A DNA stretch of 64,000 bases from NCBI GenBank assembly GCA_963836235.1, contig CAWIIP010000002.1:992001-1056000 (forward strand). Direction: 5' to 3'. This DNA comes from an uncultured Pseudomonadota bacterium. GTDB lineage: Bacteria; Oederibacteriota; Muellerivitia; Muellerivitales; Muellerivitaceae. The position numbers and the translations under genes were made by a program. Below the pieces are notes generated by a model. That model did no database searches, was not told the DNA's origin, and worked only from the letters and a program-made list of their open reading frames with translations. Shown in pieces: positions 55,367 to 64,000 of the stretch. How positions within the stretch are numbered: the first letter of the stretch is position 1; each line of letters opens with the position of its first letter.

Positions 55367-58201
55367 TCAGTTCGTCTCCCCTTTTCCCAGCATAAAGAGG
55401 TAATCCCGCAAGGCTTCGCGTTGTTTCAGGCTGTCGCCTCCGAAAGCCTTGGCGTCAGGCGCGGGCTGGTCCGCCGGCCAGAAGCCGGGCATATGGGTTC
55501 CGGGCTGCAGCGCGTCGGGATTCTTCAGCCATTCCGGTATCCAATCCGGCTTCAGGCGCTCGTGCACCTGTAACAAGTCAGGAGCCGCCGAATTAAGGTC
55601 CATGGGCATTTTGGTTCCCAACACATGGCACTTTTGGCACTGGAGCTTGGCGAAGAGGGCGTGAGCCTGGGTAAGGTCCTCCCCCTTCAGTTTGCGGGTG
55701 GCAACACTGGGGAAGGGGAACACCTGGTCGTCCTTCAGGTTGAAATAGGTGATGACATCGCTGACCTTATCGGGGGTCCAGGGGAAGCTGGGCATGCGGA
55801 TATGCAGCCAGGGCCGGATGGGATGGACGCCCGTCAGGAAATTGTGGAACCAGTCAATTTGGATCTTGGAACCTTCTTTGCGGAGGTTCGGCGGGGCCAT
55901 GGACAAGTCGACGCCTTCCTTCTCGTACATTTCGCGGATTTTGCCGCCCTGGTCCTCGATCAAATGGCAGCCACGGCAGTTGAAATTGGCGATGACACGC
56001 CGTCCCTTTTCGAGGATCGGGCCGTTGCCTTCGATGCCCGCTGTCATGTCGTCGGGAATATAGGTTTGGGTGAGACCCAGGACGGCCGTCATGATGGCCT
56101 CCCGGTCGTCGTCGCTCAGGTAGAAATTAGGCATCTTCAGCAGGTCACGGAAGGCCTGGACGGGGACCTTGTCCTTGTCATAGACCCGTGGATTCTTCAG
56201 CTTGGCCGCCAGGAAGCCCTCGTGGGTATGGGAAATTTCCGCCGGATCGGTAAAGCCGAAATCCAACTGGCTGACGCGCTTGGTGCCCCAGGTAGTCAGC
56301 TCGGTGCCGATACCGGGGGCGGTCTCGAAACCCTTGATCATATGGCAGGCGAAACAGGCGTACTTGTTGAGGGTCTTTTCACCCAAGTACATCTGTTTGG
56401 AGGTTTCATCCATCGCCAGCAGTTGGGCGTTGGCCGCCCCTTGGCCCACCTGGGGAGTCAGGTAATCCACGATCAGCCAGTCCCGGACGGCGGGATCGAA
56501 GTCGGGTGGGGCCGCGTCCTCGAATTCCTTGTTGCGCTTGGACATGAGGTAGGCCGTAATGTCGGAGGCCTCTTTGTCGGAGAGCCGCAGTGAAGGCATA
56601 CGGCTGTCGGGGTTGAAGTGCTGGGGATTCTTGATCCAGGAATAAATGAAAGGCGCGGTGAGCTTGCTGCCAATGGAGGAAAGGTCCGGCGCGAAATCCG
56701 CGTGATGGCTGGTGACGTCGTCGATGCCGTGGCAGGCCAGGCAACCCACGTCATGGAAGAGTTTCTTTCCTTCCGACACGCTCCCATACCCGGGCGCCAG
56801 GTTGGGGCTATAGTCCTCCGACTTACTGTAAATATAATCCACCAGCGCGTTTAGTTCGGCCTTGTTCTTGGCCATGATATCGGAGTCCGAATTGTTCGAT
56901 TGGTGGAAGAAACTGGGCATCTTGGCCGCCGCGTTGTAGGCCTTGGGGTCCCAGACCCACTTGAGAACGAAATCCTTCTTCAGCTTGCCCTTCACCTTGT
57001 ACAGCATGGGCCCGGCTTTGGTGAGGCCTTCCAAGTTTTTGACCTTGTGGCAGCCCACGCAGCCCCGGGTGACCATCAGTTCCCTTCCCCGGTTGAGCTT
57101 GGGGGCGAAATTGACCTGTTCCTGGGTGCCGTGGCACTTCAGGCAGGCTCCCTCGGTGAACTTTAAGGGGAGCATCACGCTTTGGACGGCTTCCGGTTCT
57201 TTCCAGTTATATTTTTTCTTCCAGAGCTTGGCTTCTTCCTCGTCGTTGGGAACGTGGGCGCAGGTATTGAAGGTCAGCGAAGGGCCCATGCCGCCGTGGC
57301 AGATGGTACAGCCCACCTTGTCCATCGGGTGGGGGCTAGTGGAACCCACGTAAAGTTCTAAGTGGGGATGGGACATGAAAACCTTGGGAATGCCGGGGTA
57401 ATGCTCTTCGTCGAAATCCTTCTTGTCGATGCCCTGATGGCAGGTCATGCAGCGGTCCACCCTCATGGTCCGGGCGAAATAGAGGTCTTCCGGGAGATTC
57501 TTCAGGACCACCTGCTGGATCTGGATAGTCGGCGACATGAAATCCAGCAGCATGGCGTTGCGGAAATAAAAGAGGAAGTTGAACGAAAGGCTTTGGATCT
57601 TTTTCTTCAGGGAATCATAATCAGTCGTCATTTTCGTGATCTTGGCCTGGACCGCGTCCCTTTGGGCGGTGATGTCGGTGACCTGCTTGGCGGCGGCGTC
57701 CCGGTCCTGTTGCAGGAGGAAAAGCTCCTGGGTGTAGCCAGCGGCCCCATCGATCTCGTCGTCCAGATGTTTCTTGAAGTTGTCCTCGTTCTTGCCGTTC
57801 TTGAGCCCTTCCGAATAGGCGTACTTGTCCGCGTCAACGTTGGCTTTCAACATCTGATACTGGGATTTTTTACTATATATCTTCGCGTCAAGCGACGCTT
57901 CTTTGGAAGCCAGTTCGTTCAGCGTGTCCTTATGGGATTTCAGGTCCGCATTGGCTTCCTTGAGGTCGGCCTTGAGCTGTTTGTATTGGTCCACGTCAAC
58001 CTGGGACGCCACCTCGTTCTTTTCAATAACGTCGTAGTGTCTTTGGAACCGCATGAACCGGCGCTCGTAGTTTTTCCAGTCGCGGTGGTAATCGAAATAA
58101 GCCATCAGCATCACGCAAACCAGTAGCACCAGGCTAGAGCCCAAGAACCACTGGGTCAGGGTTTTGCTGTTGTAGGCTCTCTCGTCTTTAAAATCCGCCA
58201 A
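55367..58201 (-). CDS. Membrane-anchored octaheme cytochrome c with coiled-coil stalk
   Basis: Eight CxxCH motifs: CMTCH, CTICH, CLKCH, CVGCH, CLACH, CFACH, CRGCH, CQKCH. Confidence 0.92.
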   Translation of the reverse strand: MADFKDERAYNSKTLTQWFLGSSLVLLVCVMLMAYFDYHRDWKNYERRFMRFQRHYDVIEKNEVASQVDVDQYKQLKADLKEANADLKSHKDTLNELASKEASLDAKIYSKKSQYQMLKANVDADKYAYSEGLKNGKNEDNFKKHLDDEIDGAAGYTQELFLLQQDRDAAAKQVTDITAQRDAVQAKITKMTTDYDSLKKKIQSLSFNFLFYFRNAMLLDFMSPTIQIQQVVLKNLPEDLYFARTMRVDRCMTCHQGIDKKDFDEEHYPGIPKVFMSHPHLELYVGSTSPHPMDKVGCTICHGGMGPSLTFNTCAHVPNDEEEAKLWKKKYNWKEPEAVQSVMLPLKFTEGACLKCHGTQEQVNFAPKLNRGRELMVTRGCVGCHKVKNLEGLTKAGPMLYKVKGKLKKDFVLKWVWDPKAYNAAAKMPSFFHQSNNSDSDIMAKNKAELNALVDYIYSKSEDYSPNLAPGYGSVSEGKKLFHDVGCLACHGIDDVTSHHADFAPDLSSIGSKLTAPFIYSWIKNPQHFNPDSRMPSLRLSDKEASDITAYLMSKRNKEFEDAAPPDFDPAVRDWLIVDYLTPQVGQGAANAQLLAMDETSKQMYLGEKTLNKYACFACHMIKGFETAPGIGTELTTWGTKRVSQLDFGFTDPAEISHTHEGFLAAKLKNPRVYDKDKVPVQAFRDLLKMPNFYLSDDDREAIMTAVLGLTQTYIPDDMTAGIEGNGPILEKGRRVIANFNCRGCHLIEDQGGKIREMYEKEGVDLSMAPPNLRKEGSKIQIDWFHNFLTGVHPIRPWLHIRMPSFPWTPDKVSDVITYFNLKDDQVFPFPSVATRKLKGEDLTQAHALFAKLQCQKCHVLGTKMPMDLNSAAPDLLQVHERLKPDWIPEWLKNPDALQPGTHMPGFWPADQPAPDAKAFGGDSLKQREALRDYLFMLGKGETN

Positions 58202-58216
58202 GTTGTTATCCTTACC

Positions 58217-59311
58217 TTAGATATTGAAGAAGAATTCCGGTATCCCGACGATGTACTTCAGGTTAAAGGCCCACCGCAACAGCATCTTGATGGGAAGGGC
58301 CGCCATCAGGATCATCAGGTTGAGCAGCACCCCATAACGCACGATCCCCAACTTCTCCAGCAATCCGCTGAGATAGGGAATTTTTTTCGTCAGGAGCGGC
58401 GGCAAGGCAATGAAATAAAAACCCAGGACTAAAAAGCCGGGGAGTTCCCGGATCAGGATATTCTTCGGCAGGCCCATCCCGGTGAACCCCAGCCACTTGA
58501 CCCAGAAATACTCGCTCAAGTTGACGTTGTTCAAAACTAGGACCTTGTGGGGATCCCAATCCTCGAAAGGCCCAAAGAAGTTCCAGCCCGGGCCCCGCAG
58601 GAAGGTTCCCAGGAAGATCAAGGTGACCCACAAGATCAGGAAGCCGAAGAGGAAAGGAATGATGGCGAACTTTCTTTCGTTGAAGGTGTAATAACCGGCG
58701 CCCTTGGGGTTCTTGTCGATATAGGGAATGGCCATGAGCCCCACGATAATGAGAGTCGGAAACACCACGCCCGCCAGCCAGGGATCGTAATAAACCAGCA
58801 TTTCTTGCAATCCCAAAAAGTACCAGGGCGCTTTGGAGGGATTGGGCGTCCAAGCGGGGGTAGCCGCCTCTTCCAAGGGAGCGTGCAGGCAGAGGGACCA
58901 AACTAGCAGCGCCACGCCCGCCACGATGGTGGCGATGAACTCGATGAACACCAAGTCGGGCCAAACATAGACCTTTTTGTCGGAGGTTTCCTTTTCCACG
59001 GGCGGCTGGCCCTGGGCCAAGCGCCGGTCGTTCACGACCCCCTGGCGGAAGGAAAGCCATGTGAAGAACCCGACGGAAAAAACCATGATGAAGATGGGGA
59101 CGTTGTCCGGCTTGGTGGAAATGTCCCGGAAATGGTCGTTGAACATGGCCAATCCCAGGGCCACCAGCACTCCCCCCAACAGCTTCAGGGCGAACTTGGG
59201 TTCGGTCCATCTGTCGCGGAAATGGATCATGGCCACGAAGCCGATCACGGAACCGAAAAAGTAGGTGACCGGGCTGAAAAGGGCGTTGATGAAATGGACG
59301 ATGAATTGCAT
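58217..59311 (-). CDS. Cytochrome b C-terminal / subunit IV-like protein
   Basis: VWPDLVFIE, APLEEAATP, PNPSKAPWYFLGLQE (PEWY-equivalent motif). Confidence 0.85.
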   Translation of the reverse strand: MQFIVHFINALFSPVTYFFGSVIGFVAMIHFRDRWTEPKFALKLLGGVLVALGLAMFNDHFRDISTKPDNVPIFIMVFSVGFFTWLSFRQGVVNDRRLAQGQPPVEKETSDKKVYVWPDLVFIEFIATIVAGVALLVWSLCLHAPLEEAATPAWTPNPSKAPWYFLGLQEMLVYYDPWLAGVVFPTLIIVGLMAIPYIDKNPKGAGYYTFNERKFAIIPFLFGFLILWVTLIFLGTFLRGPGWNFFGPFEDWDPHKVLVLNNVNLSEYFWVKWLGFTGMGLPKNILIRELPGFLVLGFYFIALPPLLTKKIPYLSGLLEKLGIVRYGVLLNLMILMAALPIKMLLRWAFNLKYIVGIPEFFFNI

Positions 59312-59329
59312 GGTTCCTCTTTTAAAAGA

Positions 59330-60160
59330 TTAGAGCGGCCCGGAAATTCCACCGTCTTTGCGCACCCGCCAGAAATGGATGGCCATCAGGGTGGCGGCGA
59401 CGATCGGGATAAACACGCAGTGAAGCACGTAAAAACGCAACAGGGTCGGTTCCCCGACGAAGTGGCCACCCAAAAGGGCAAAATGGATGTCGGAACCTCC
59501 ATGGACCAATTTGACCCCCCCGATCTGGATGAGGGAAGCGCCCGGGCCTTCATAACCCATGAAGGGTGTGGCGCGAGCCATGTTGGTCCCCACCGTAATG
59601 GCCCACATGGCCAACTGGTCCCAGGGCAAAAGGTAACCGGTAAAGGAAAGAAGCAGGGTCAGGAGGAGGAGAACCACCCCGATGACCCAGTTGAACTCAC
59701 GGGGCGGTTTGTAGGAACCGGTCATGAAAACCCGGAACATATGGAGCCAAACGGCGATGACCATGGCGTGGGCGGCCCAGCGGTGCAATTCACGCATGAT
59801 TCCCAAGGGCACATGCTCCCGCAAGGCCACAATGTCGTAATAGGCGTACTCGGCCGTGGGGCGGTAATAAAACATAAGCAATACACCCGTTACCGTTAGA
59901 TTCAAGAACAGGAAAAAAGACAACCCGCCCATACACCAGGTGTAGCTCATCTTGACGCCGGAGTGGCGAGCCTTGACAGGATGTAAGTGCAAGAAAACAT
60001 TCGAAAGAACCGCCATGATCCGGTTGCGGGGCGTATCGGGATAACCGTGGCGGAAGATGGATTTCCAGATTTGGCCTTCGGCGATGGCTTTCTTAACGGC
60101 TTCCGGCGAGGGCCGGTTTTCCATCGATTGTTTGATCGTTTTTTTCAAATCATCCAGCAT
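59330..60160 (-). CDS. Cytochrome b6-like N-terminal subunit
   Basis: WCMGGL (heme ci Cys), [33 protein letters not shown]...AIHF. Confidence 0.92.
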   Translation of the reverse strand: MLDDLKKTIKQSMENRPSPEAVKKAIAEGQIWKSIFRHGYPDTPRNRIMAVLSNVFLHLHPVKARHSGVKMSYTWCMGGLSFFLFLNLTVTGVLLMFYYRPTAEYAYYDIVALREHVPLGIMRELHRWAAHAMVIAVWLHMFRVFMTGSYKPPREFNWVIGVVLLLLTLLLSFTGYLLPWDQLAMWAITVGTNMARATPFMGYEGPGASLIQIGGVKLVHGGSDIHFALLGGHFVGEPTLLRFYVLHCVFIPIVAATLMAIHFWRVRKDGGISGPL

Positions 60161-60193
60161 TTCTTCTCTCTCCTTCTTTGTTCAACAGCAAAA

Positions 60194-61225
60194 CTAAGCT
60201 TTATAATCCAAAAAGGATCCTGGTAGGCCCCATTGACCCAACTCAGATTGAAACTTGACGCTCTCATCAACCTCAATCTGCCCGTCATCCGCCAAGGTGA
60301 TTTGGAACCGCTCCAGGGGACGCGGGGCGGGCCCTTCAAAGTTCACGCCCGTAATGTAATAGCCGCTCCCGTGGCAGGGGCATTTGAATTTTTGTTCCGC
60401 CTGGAGCCAGTTGGGAGTACAGCCCAAATGGGTGCAGATGGTGGAAAGGGCGTAAAAACCCTGGTCGTTTCGGACGATCCAAACCCGATGAGCATCCTTA
60501 TAACGCTCATCTACGCCCGGATTGTAGGTGACCGGGAAGCCCGCTTTGAATTTGAGGGGCGGCTCAAAAGTGACGTTAGGAAAAGCGAATCGGAGCATCG
60601 TGCTAAGAGCACCCAAGCTGGCCGCCGTAAAGGCCACCCAGGCCCAGCCTAATAAGGAAAGAAAGGAACGGCGTGTAACTCCGGAACCAAGGGAAATTTC
60701 CCCGGAAACTTCGCTGTGCGAAAGGCTTCCGGCCTTATGCCGGAACAATTCCGCAACGGTTAGATAAAGAAGATAAAGGACAACCAGGACGAAGGCGAAA
60801 ACGGCCGAAGTAATGACCATCTGCGCAATAGTTTTGGACGCAGACATATCCATTCCGGTATTAGCGAACAAAAAGGCGAAAAACAACAGAGCCACGCCCG
60901 TTGCGGCAAATAGAGTTCCGAGGAGGAAGGCCAGGGAAAAAGCCGTTTCTCCTGCCGGTTTAGACTCGGAATGACCATGGGCCTCAGCTTCTTTTTTGGC
61001 TTGACGGTATTCTTTGAAGGTTTTAAGGAGGAAAGTCCCGGTCAGGAAAGCCACGTAAGCGAAGAGACCCAGGGCCAAGGTTACCCCCAAGGTGATGATC
61101 GTCGAACTGGCGGAGGCAGGGTCCGAAAGGGGTGCGTCATCGGCGAAAAGGGGCTTTTCCGAAAATCCGAAAAATATCAGGGGAAAAAGAAAAAAACGGT
61201 ATCGATGGACCCAGCTTGAAGTCAT
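60194..61225 (-). CDS. Rieske iron-sulfur subunit with polytopic N-terminal extension
   Basis: CTHLGC and CPCHGSGY, EGPAPRPL; internal TRRSFL Tat motif after three extra TM segments. Confidence 0.92.
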   Translation of the reverse strand: MTSSWVHRYRFFLFPLIFFGFSEKPLFADDAPLSDPASASSTIITLGVTLALGLFAYVAFLTGTFLLKTFKEYRQAKKEAEAHGHSESKPAGETAFSLAFLLGTLFAATGVALLFFAFLFANTGMDMSASKTIAQMVITSAVFAFVLVVLYLLYLTVAELFRHKAGSLSHSEVSGEISLGSGVTRRSFLSLLGWAWVAFTAASLGALSTMLRFAFPNVTFEPPLKFKAGFPVTYNPGVDERYKDAHRVWIVRNDQGFYALSTICTHLGCTPNWLQAEQKFKCPCHGSGYYITGVNFEGPAPRPLERFQITLADDGQIEVDESVKFQSELGQWGLPGSFLDYKA

Positions 61226-61268
61226 TCAAAAACTCCGGTAATTCTTTTAGGAGGATTGGAACTCTCGC

Positions 61269-61293
61269 AAAAAAAATCCACCCTTCGGGTGGA
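61269..61293 (-). terminator. Terminator-like hairpin upstream of the Rieske gene
   Basis: Minus strand TCCACCC-GAA-GGGTGGA followed by T8. Confidence 0.55.
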
Positions 61294-61327
61294 GTGAAGA
61301 GACGATAAGACTCGAAAAACAGAGCGT

Positions 61328-61357
61328 ATTTTAGACGAGGTGTTTTTAGAGTGTCAA
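61328..61357 (-). promoter_or_regulatory. Candidate sigma70 promoter upstream of the Rieske operon
   Basis: Minus strand TTGACA-18 nt-TAAAAT. Confidence 0.5.
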
Positions 61358-61590
61358 GGAGATAGAAAGCTTGGCGGTGTCCTAATTTGACTCTTTTTCA
61401 AACAGTTTCACGTTAGTTTTTTGGGGAACAAAACAACATGAATTTTATGCGTGACAAAGTTAATTTGCGGGCTCTGAAATTCCAAATGAATATCCACGCT
61501 CGTGACGAGCATAGAATTTCGTGAAATTTTTTCGGAGATGGACCAGAATTTTAAACCACTAACCGTTGATAACCTTACAACTTATGAAAG

Positions 61591-64000
61591 TTAGCGAATG
61601 ACCAGTAACTTTGCGATGGAGCGGTGACCATCGACAGTGACGACGATGTAATAGATACCATCCGCTAAAGGCCTGCCCGATTTATCGGTTAGCTCCACCT
61701 TTACTGCTGTGCCTGAAGGCACATTCCAGAAAGTCTCATCCTGCACTTTCCGGAAAGCGATGGTGAAAATCTCCACACGTACATCTCCCAAACCTTGGTA
61801 AGCGGGCGGTAACACACTCACCGTCGGGCCTGTAACCGGGTTGGGGTACACCACCACGCCGGAGCTACCCGTCGGACTAGTCGTAGGAGTTTCGGTTGAT
61901 GTGAAAACAACGGTGGAAGTGGCGGTAACTGTATTCGTAGGCGTGTTGGAAGGCGTTGACGTCACCGTTACGATGGTAATCACCGCCCCGGTCACGGGTA
62001 AACCGCTAAAGAGCACCGCTTGCCCATTCGTTCCGGCCCCGTTTGTCACACTGAACTGGTAGTTCCCTGTCGGCGCGCTATTTGAAAAGTTCACCACCAC
62101 TTGGTAAGTCACCGCACCGTTACTCGGCTGGATGGTCCCGTTAAAATTAAAGGTTGCCGTCGTTCCTCCTGTGAAACTCGCGGTAGAGATAACCGTTCCA
62201 TTGTCCACCAGTGATACGGAAGTGATCCCCGTGGGAGAAGCCCCCGACTCGGTAAGGGTCAAACTGCTCAAAGTAACAGGATTGTTGCCCGGATTGACCA
62301 GTTGAATTTGCTGAACTGATACGTTGGAGGTTCCCGGTATCTGTGAAGAATTGGAGGGTGGGCTTGACCCTTGCGAGGCTTGTACCGTCACTACCGTGGG
62401 AGTGGGAGTCAATGTGATCGTGGAAGTGACGGTATAAGTTGCCGTATTGATCAGGGTATTGGTGGGAGTAGATGTAACCGTTGGAGTCGTAGTTTTAGTT
62501 GGGCTATTAGTGAGTGTGGATGTGGCGGTGGCGCTATTCGTCGGCGTACTCGTCATCGTGGGTGTGATAACCAAGGTATTGGTCGTCGTCGCCGAAGGCG
62601 TGGCAGTGGCAGTACGAGTGGTCGTTGCTGTGGGGCTATTGGTAGGCGTGGCCGTCAGTGTGTTCATGGCCGTATTGGTCGCGGTAGAAGTGGCGGTATT
62701 TGTCGGCGTATCCGTCATCGTGGGGGTGATGACCGATGTATTGGTCGTCGTCACTGAAGGCGTGCCGGTAGCCGTGCGGGTAGTTGTGAAGCTTGGCGTC
62801 GCCGATGAAGTCGAAGTGGCGGTTGAAGTAGGGCTATTGGTGAGCGTGGCCGTCTGAGTGTTCATGGCCGTATTGGTCGCGGTAGAAGTAGTGGTACTGG
62901 TGGGGCTGGAAGTCGTCGTATTCGTCGCCGTATTCGTCCGGGTGACTGTTGCGGTGTTGGATGGGGTTGAGGTGGCGCTATTTGTCAGCGTATCCGTCAC
63001 CGTGGGCGTGATGACCGAGGTATTCGTCGTCGTCGCTGAAGGCGTGCCAGTAGCCGTGCGGGTAGTTGTCGATGTTGTAGTCCCGGACGCGGTTGAAGTG
63101 GTCGTTGCCGTGGGACTATTGGTGGGGGTGGCTGTCAGGGTGTTCATGGCCGTATTGGTCGCGGTAGAAGTAGTGGTACTGGTGGGGCTGGAAGTCGTCG
63201 TGTTCGTCACTGTATTCGTTCGGGTGGCGGTCGCCGTGCCGGTGGGCGTATTGGAAGGCGTTGAGGTCGAAGTGTTCACCACCGTGTTGGTTGAAGTTGA
63301 ACTTGCGGTGCTGGTGGGTGTATTGGTACGGGTCGCAGTCGCGGAGGCCGTGGTAGTACCCGTTGGACTTGAAGTAAGCGTATTAGTCGCTGTATTCGTC
63401 CTAGTCGCCGTGGGGCTGGAGGTAGGGGTTGAACTGGGAGTCGCCGTCGCCGTATTGGCCACAGTGTTAGTCGCTGTTAATGTAGCCGTCTTCGTGGCCG
63501 TAGCCGTCGGGCTTGAGGTGGCAGTCAATGTTGATGTATTGGTGGGACTATTGGTCCTGGTTGCGGTAGGGGTAGAGGTGGACGTATTGGCAACCGTGTT
63601 GGTTGGTGTGGATGTCGCCGTCTTCGTGGCGGTGGCACTGGGACTGTTGGTGGGGGTACTCGTGCGAGTTGCGGTCGGACTATTCGTTCGGGTGAAGGTT
63701 GGAGTAGCGGTAGGCGTCGAACCACTGGACACTGAAGCGACGAAACTGACCACACTTTCGGCCGGTAGGGTATAAGTAAAGCTTCCACCGCTCACCACCA
63801 CTGACGTCTGCTGGACCAGATTCAGGGACGAACTGGTAATCCATGGATAAACCGTGGAGACACTCAGGTCGCTATATTTGAAGGTCTCGTTCTCGGTGGA
63901 GCCGGTATTGCCGTTGATGGCCACGATCACGACCTTGCCCGCGGAAGAGCTGTAATAGGCGGAGACGGAAACTCCCGCCGAAGGCACCTCGGTGGCGCCA
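61591..64000 (-). CDS. Secreted modular GH30-type glycoside hydrolase (5' part outside the window) with long Thr-rich linker and T9SS-CTD-like tail
   Basis: Frame stays open to the window edge. VSVSAY...KVVIVAIN...WITSSSLNL...[14 protein letters not shown] resembles the C-terminal beta-domain of GH30 xylanases; tail YPNP...IFTIAFRKV...LADGIYYI...KLLVIR. Confidence 0.75.
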   Translation of the reverse strand, partial: GATEVPSAGVSVSAYYSSSAGKVVIVAINGNTGSTENETFKYSDLSVSTVYPWITSSSLNLVQQTSVVVSGGSFTYTLPAESVVSFVASVSSGSTPTATPTFTRTNSPTATRTSTPTNSPSATATKTATSTPTNTVANTSTSTPTATRTNSPTNTSTLTATSSPTATATKTATLTATNTVANTATATPSSTPTSSPTATRTNTATNTLTSSPTGTTTASATATRTNTPTSTASSTSTNTVVNTSTSTPSNTPTGTATATRTNTVTNTTTSSPTSTTTSTATNTAMNTLTATPTNSPTATTTSTASGTTTSTTTRTATGTPSATTTNTSVITPTVTDTLTNSATSTPSNTATVTRTNTATNTTTSSPTSTTTSTATNTAMNTQTATLTNSPTSTATSTSSATPSFTTTRTATGTPSVTTTNTSVITPTMTDTPTNTATSTATNTAMNTLTATPTNSPTATTTRTATATPSATTTNTLVITPTMTSTPTNSATATSTLTNSPTKTTTPTVTSTPTNTLINTATYTVTSTITLTPTPTVVTVQASQGSSPPSNSSQIPGTSNVSVQQIQLVNPGNNPVTLSSLTLTESGASPTGITSVSLVDNGTVISTASFTGGTTATFNFNGTIQPSNGAVTYQVVVNFSNSAPTGNYQFSVTNGAGTNGQAVLFSGLPVTGAVITIVTVTSTPSNTPTNTVTATSTVVFTSTETPTTSPTGSSGVVVYPNPVTGPTVSVLPPAYQGLGDVRVEIFTIAFRKVQDETFWNVPSGTAVKVELTDKSGRPLADGIYYIVVTVDGHRSIAKLLVIR
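62392..63722 (-). repeat. Thr/Ser/Asn-rich coding repeat with higher-order duplications
   Basis: The block TGTTCATGGCCGTATTGGTCGCGGTAGAAGT recurs at 62661, 62859 and 63141 (spacings 198 and 282 bp). Confidence 0.9.

Noticed and set aside
54350-59899. Long antisense or alternate-frame ORFs over the cytochrome genes (54350..55231, 55625..56593, 58263..59210, 59132..59899)
   Set aside because: They overlap well-supported genes and show no protein-family motifs.
61498-61528. Short palindromes GCTCGT-G-ACGAGC and AATTTC-GT-GAAATT as Rex or FNR sites
   Set aside because: They do not match the TTGTGAA-N4-TTCACAA or TTGAT-N4-ATCAA consensus and may be chance.
62447-63775. Val-rich plus-strand ORFs (136 and 305 aa)
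   Set aside because: Antisense reading of the Thr-rich linker.

Overview
Bacterial chromosome segment from a diderm organism, mostly encoded on the minus strand. I found no rRNA, tRNA, CRISPR array or transposase. In order, it contains: (i) lepA-lepB-hemW-hrcA, with hrcA truncated at the window edge; (ii) a 10-kb six-gene unit of three paralogous large outer-membrane proteins (SLH-like domain + coiled coil + putative beta-barrel, OmpM/SlpA-like) flanked by three paralogous CBM11/CIA30-like lipoproteins, which is the best candidate here for an undescribed TonB/SusCD-independent glycan uptake system; (iii) a 1407-aa RlmD rRNA methyltransferase fused through hydrophobic segments to a glycoside-hydrolase-like domain, followed by a membrane-anchored CBM-like protein and a LacI regulator with a candidate operator; (iv) housekeeping and accessory genes (suhB-like, deacetylase, PilZ, ferredoxin, sfsA, dinB); (v) a GH94 cellobiose phosphorylase and three secreted modular proteins sharing a T9SS-CTD/FlgD-Ig-like C-terminal domain (IgGFc-binding; SBBP + CBM3-like; GH30-type, truncated); (vi) a LemA/TPM/nucleotidyltransferase/PEBP cluster; (vii) a Rieske/cytochrome b6-type complex with an octaheme cytochrome c, followed by heme a and CuA assembly genes but no oxidase subunits. 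All calls come from reading motifs by eye; no database searches were run.
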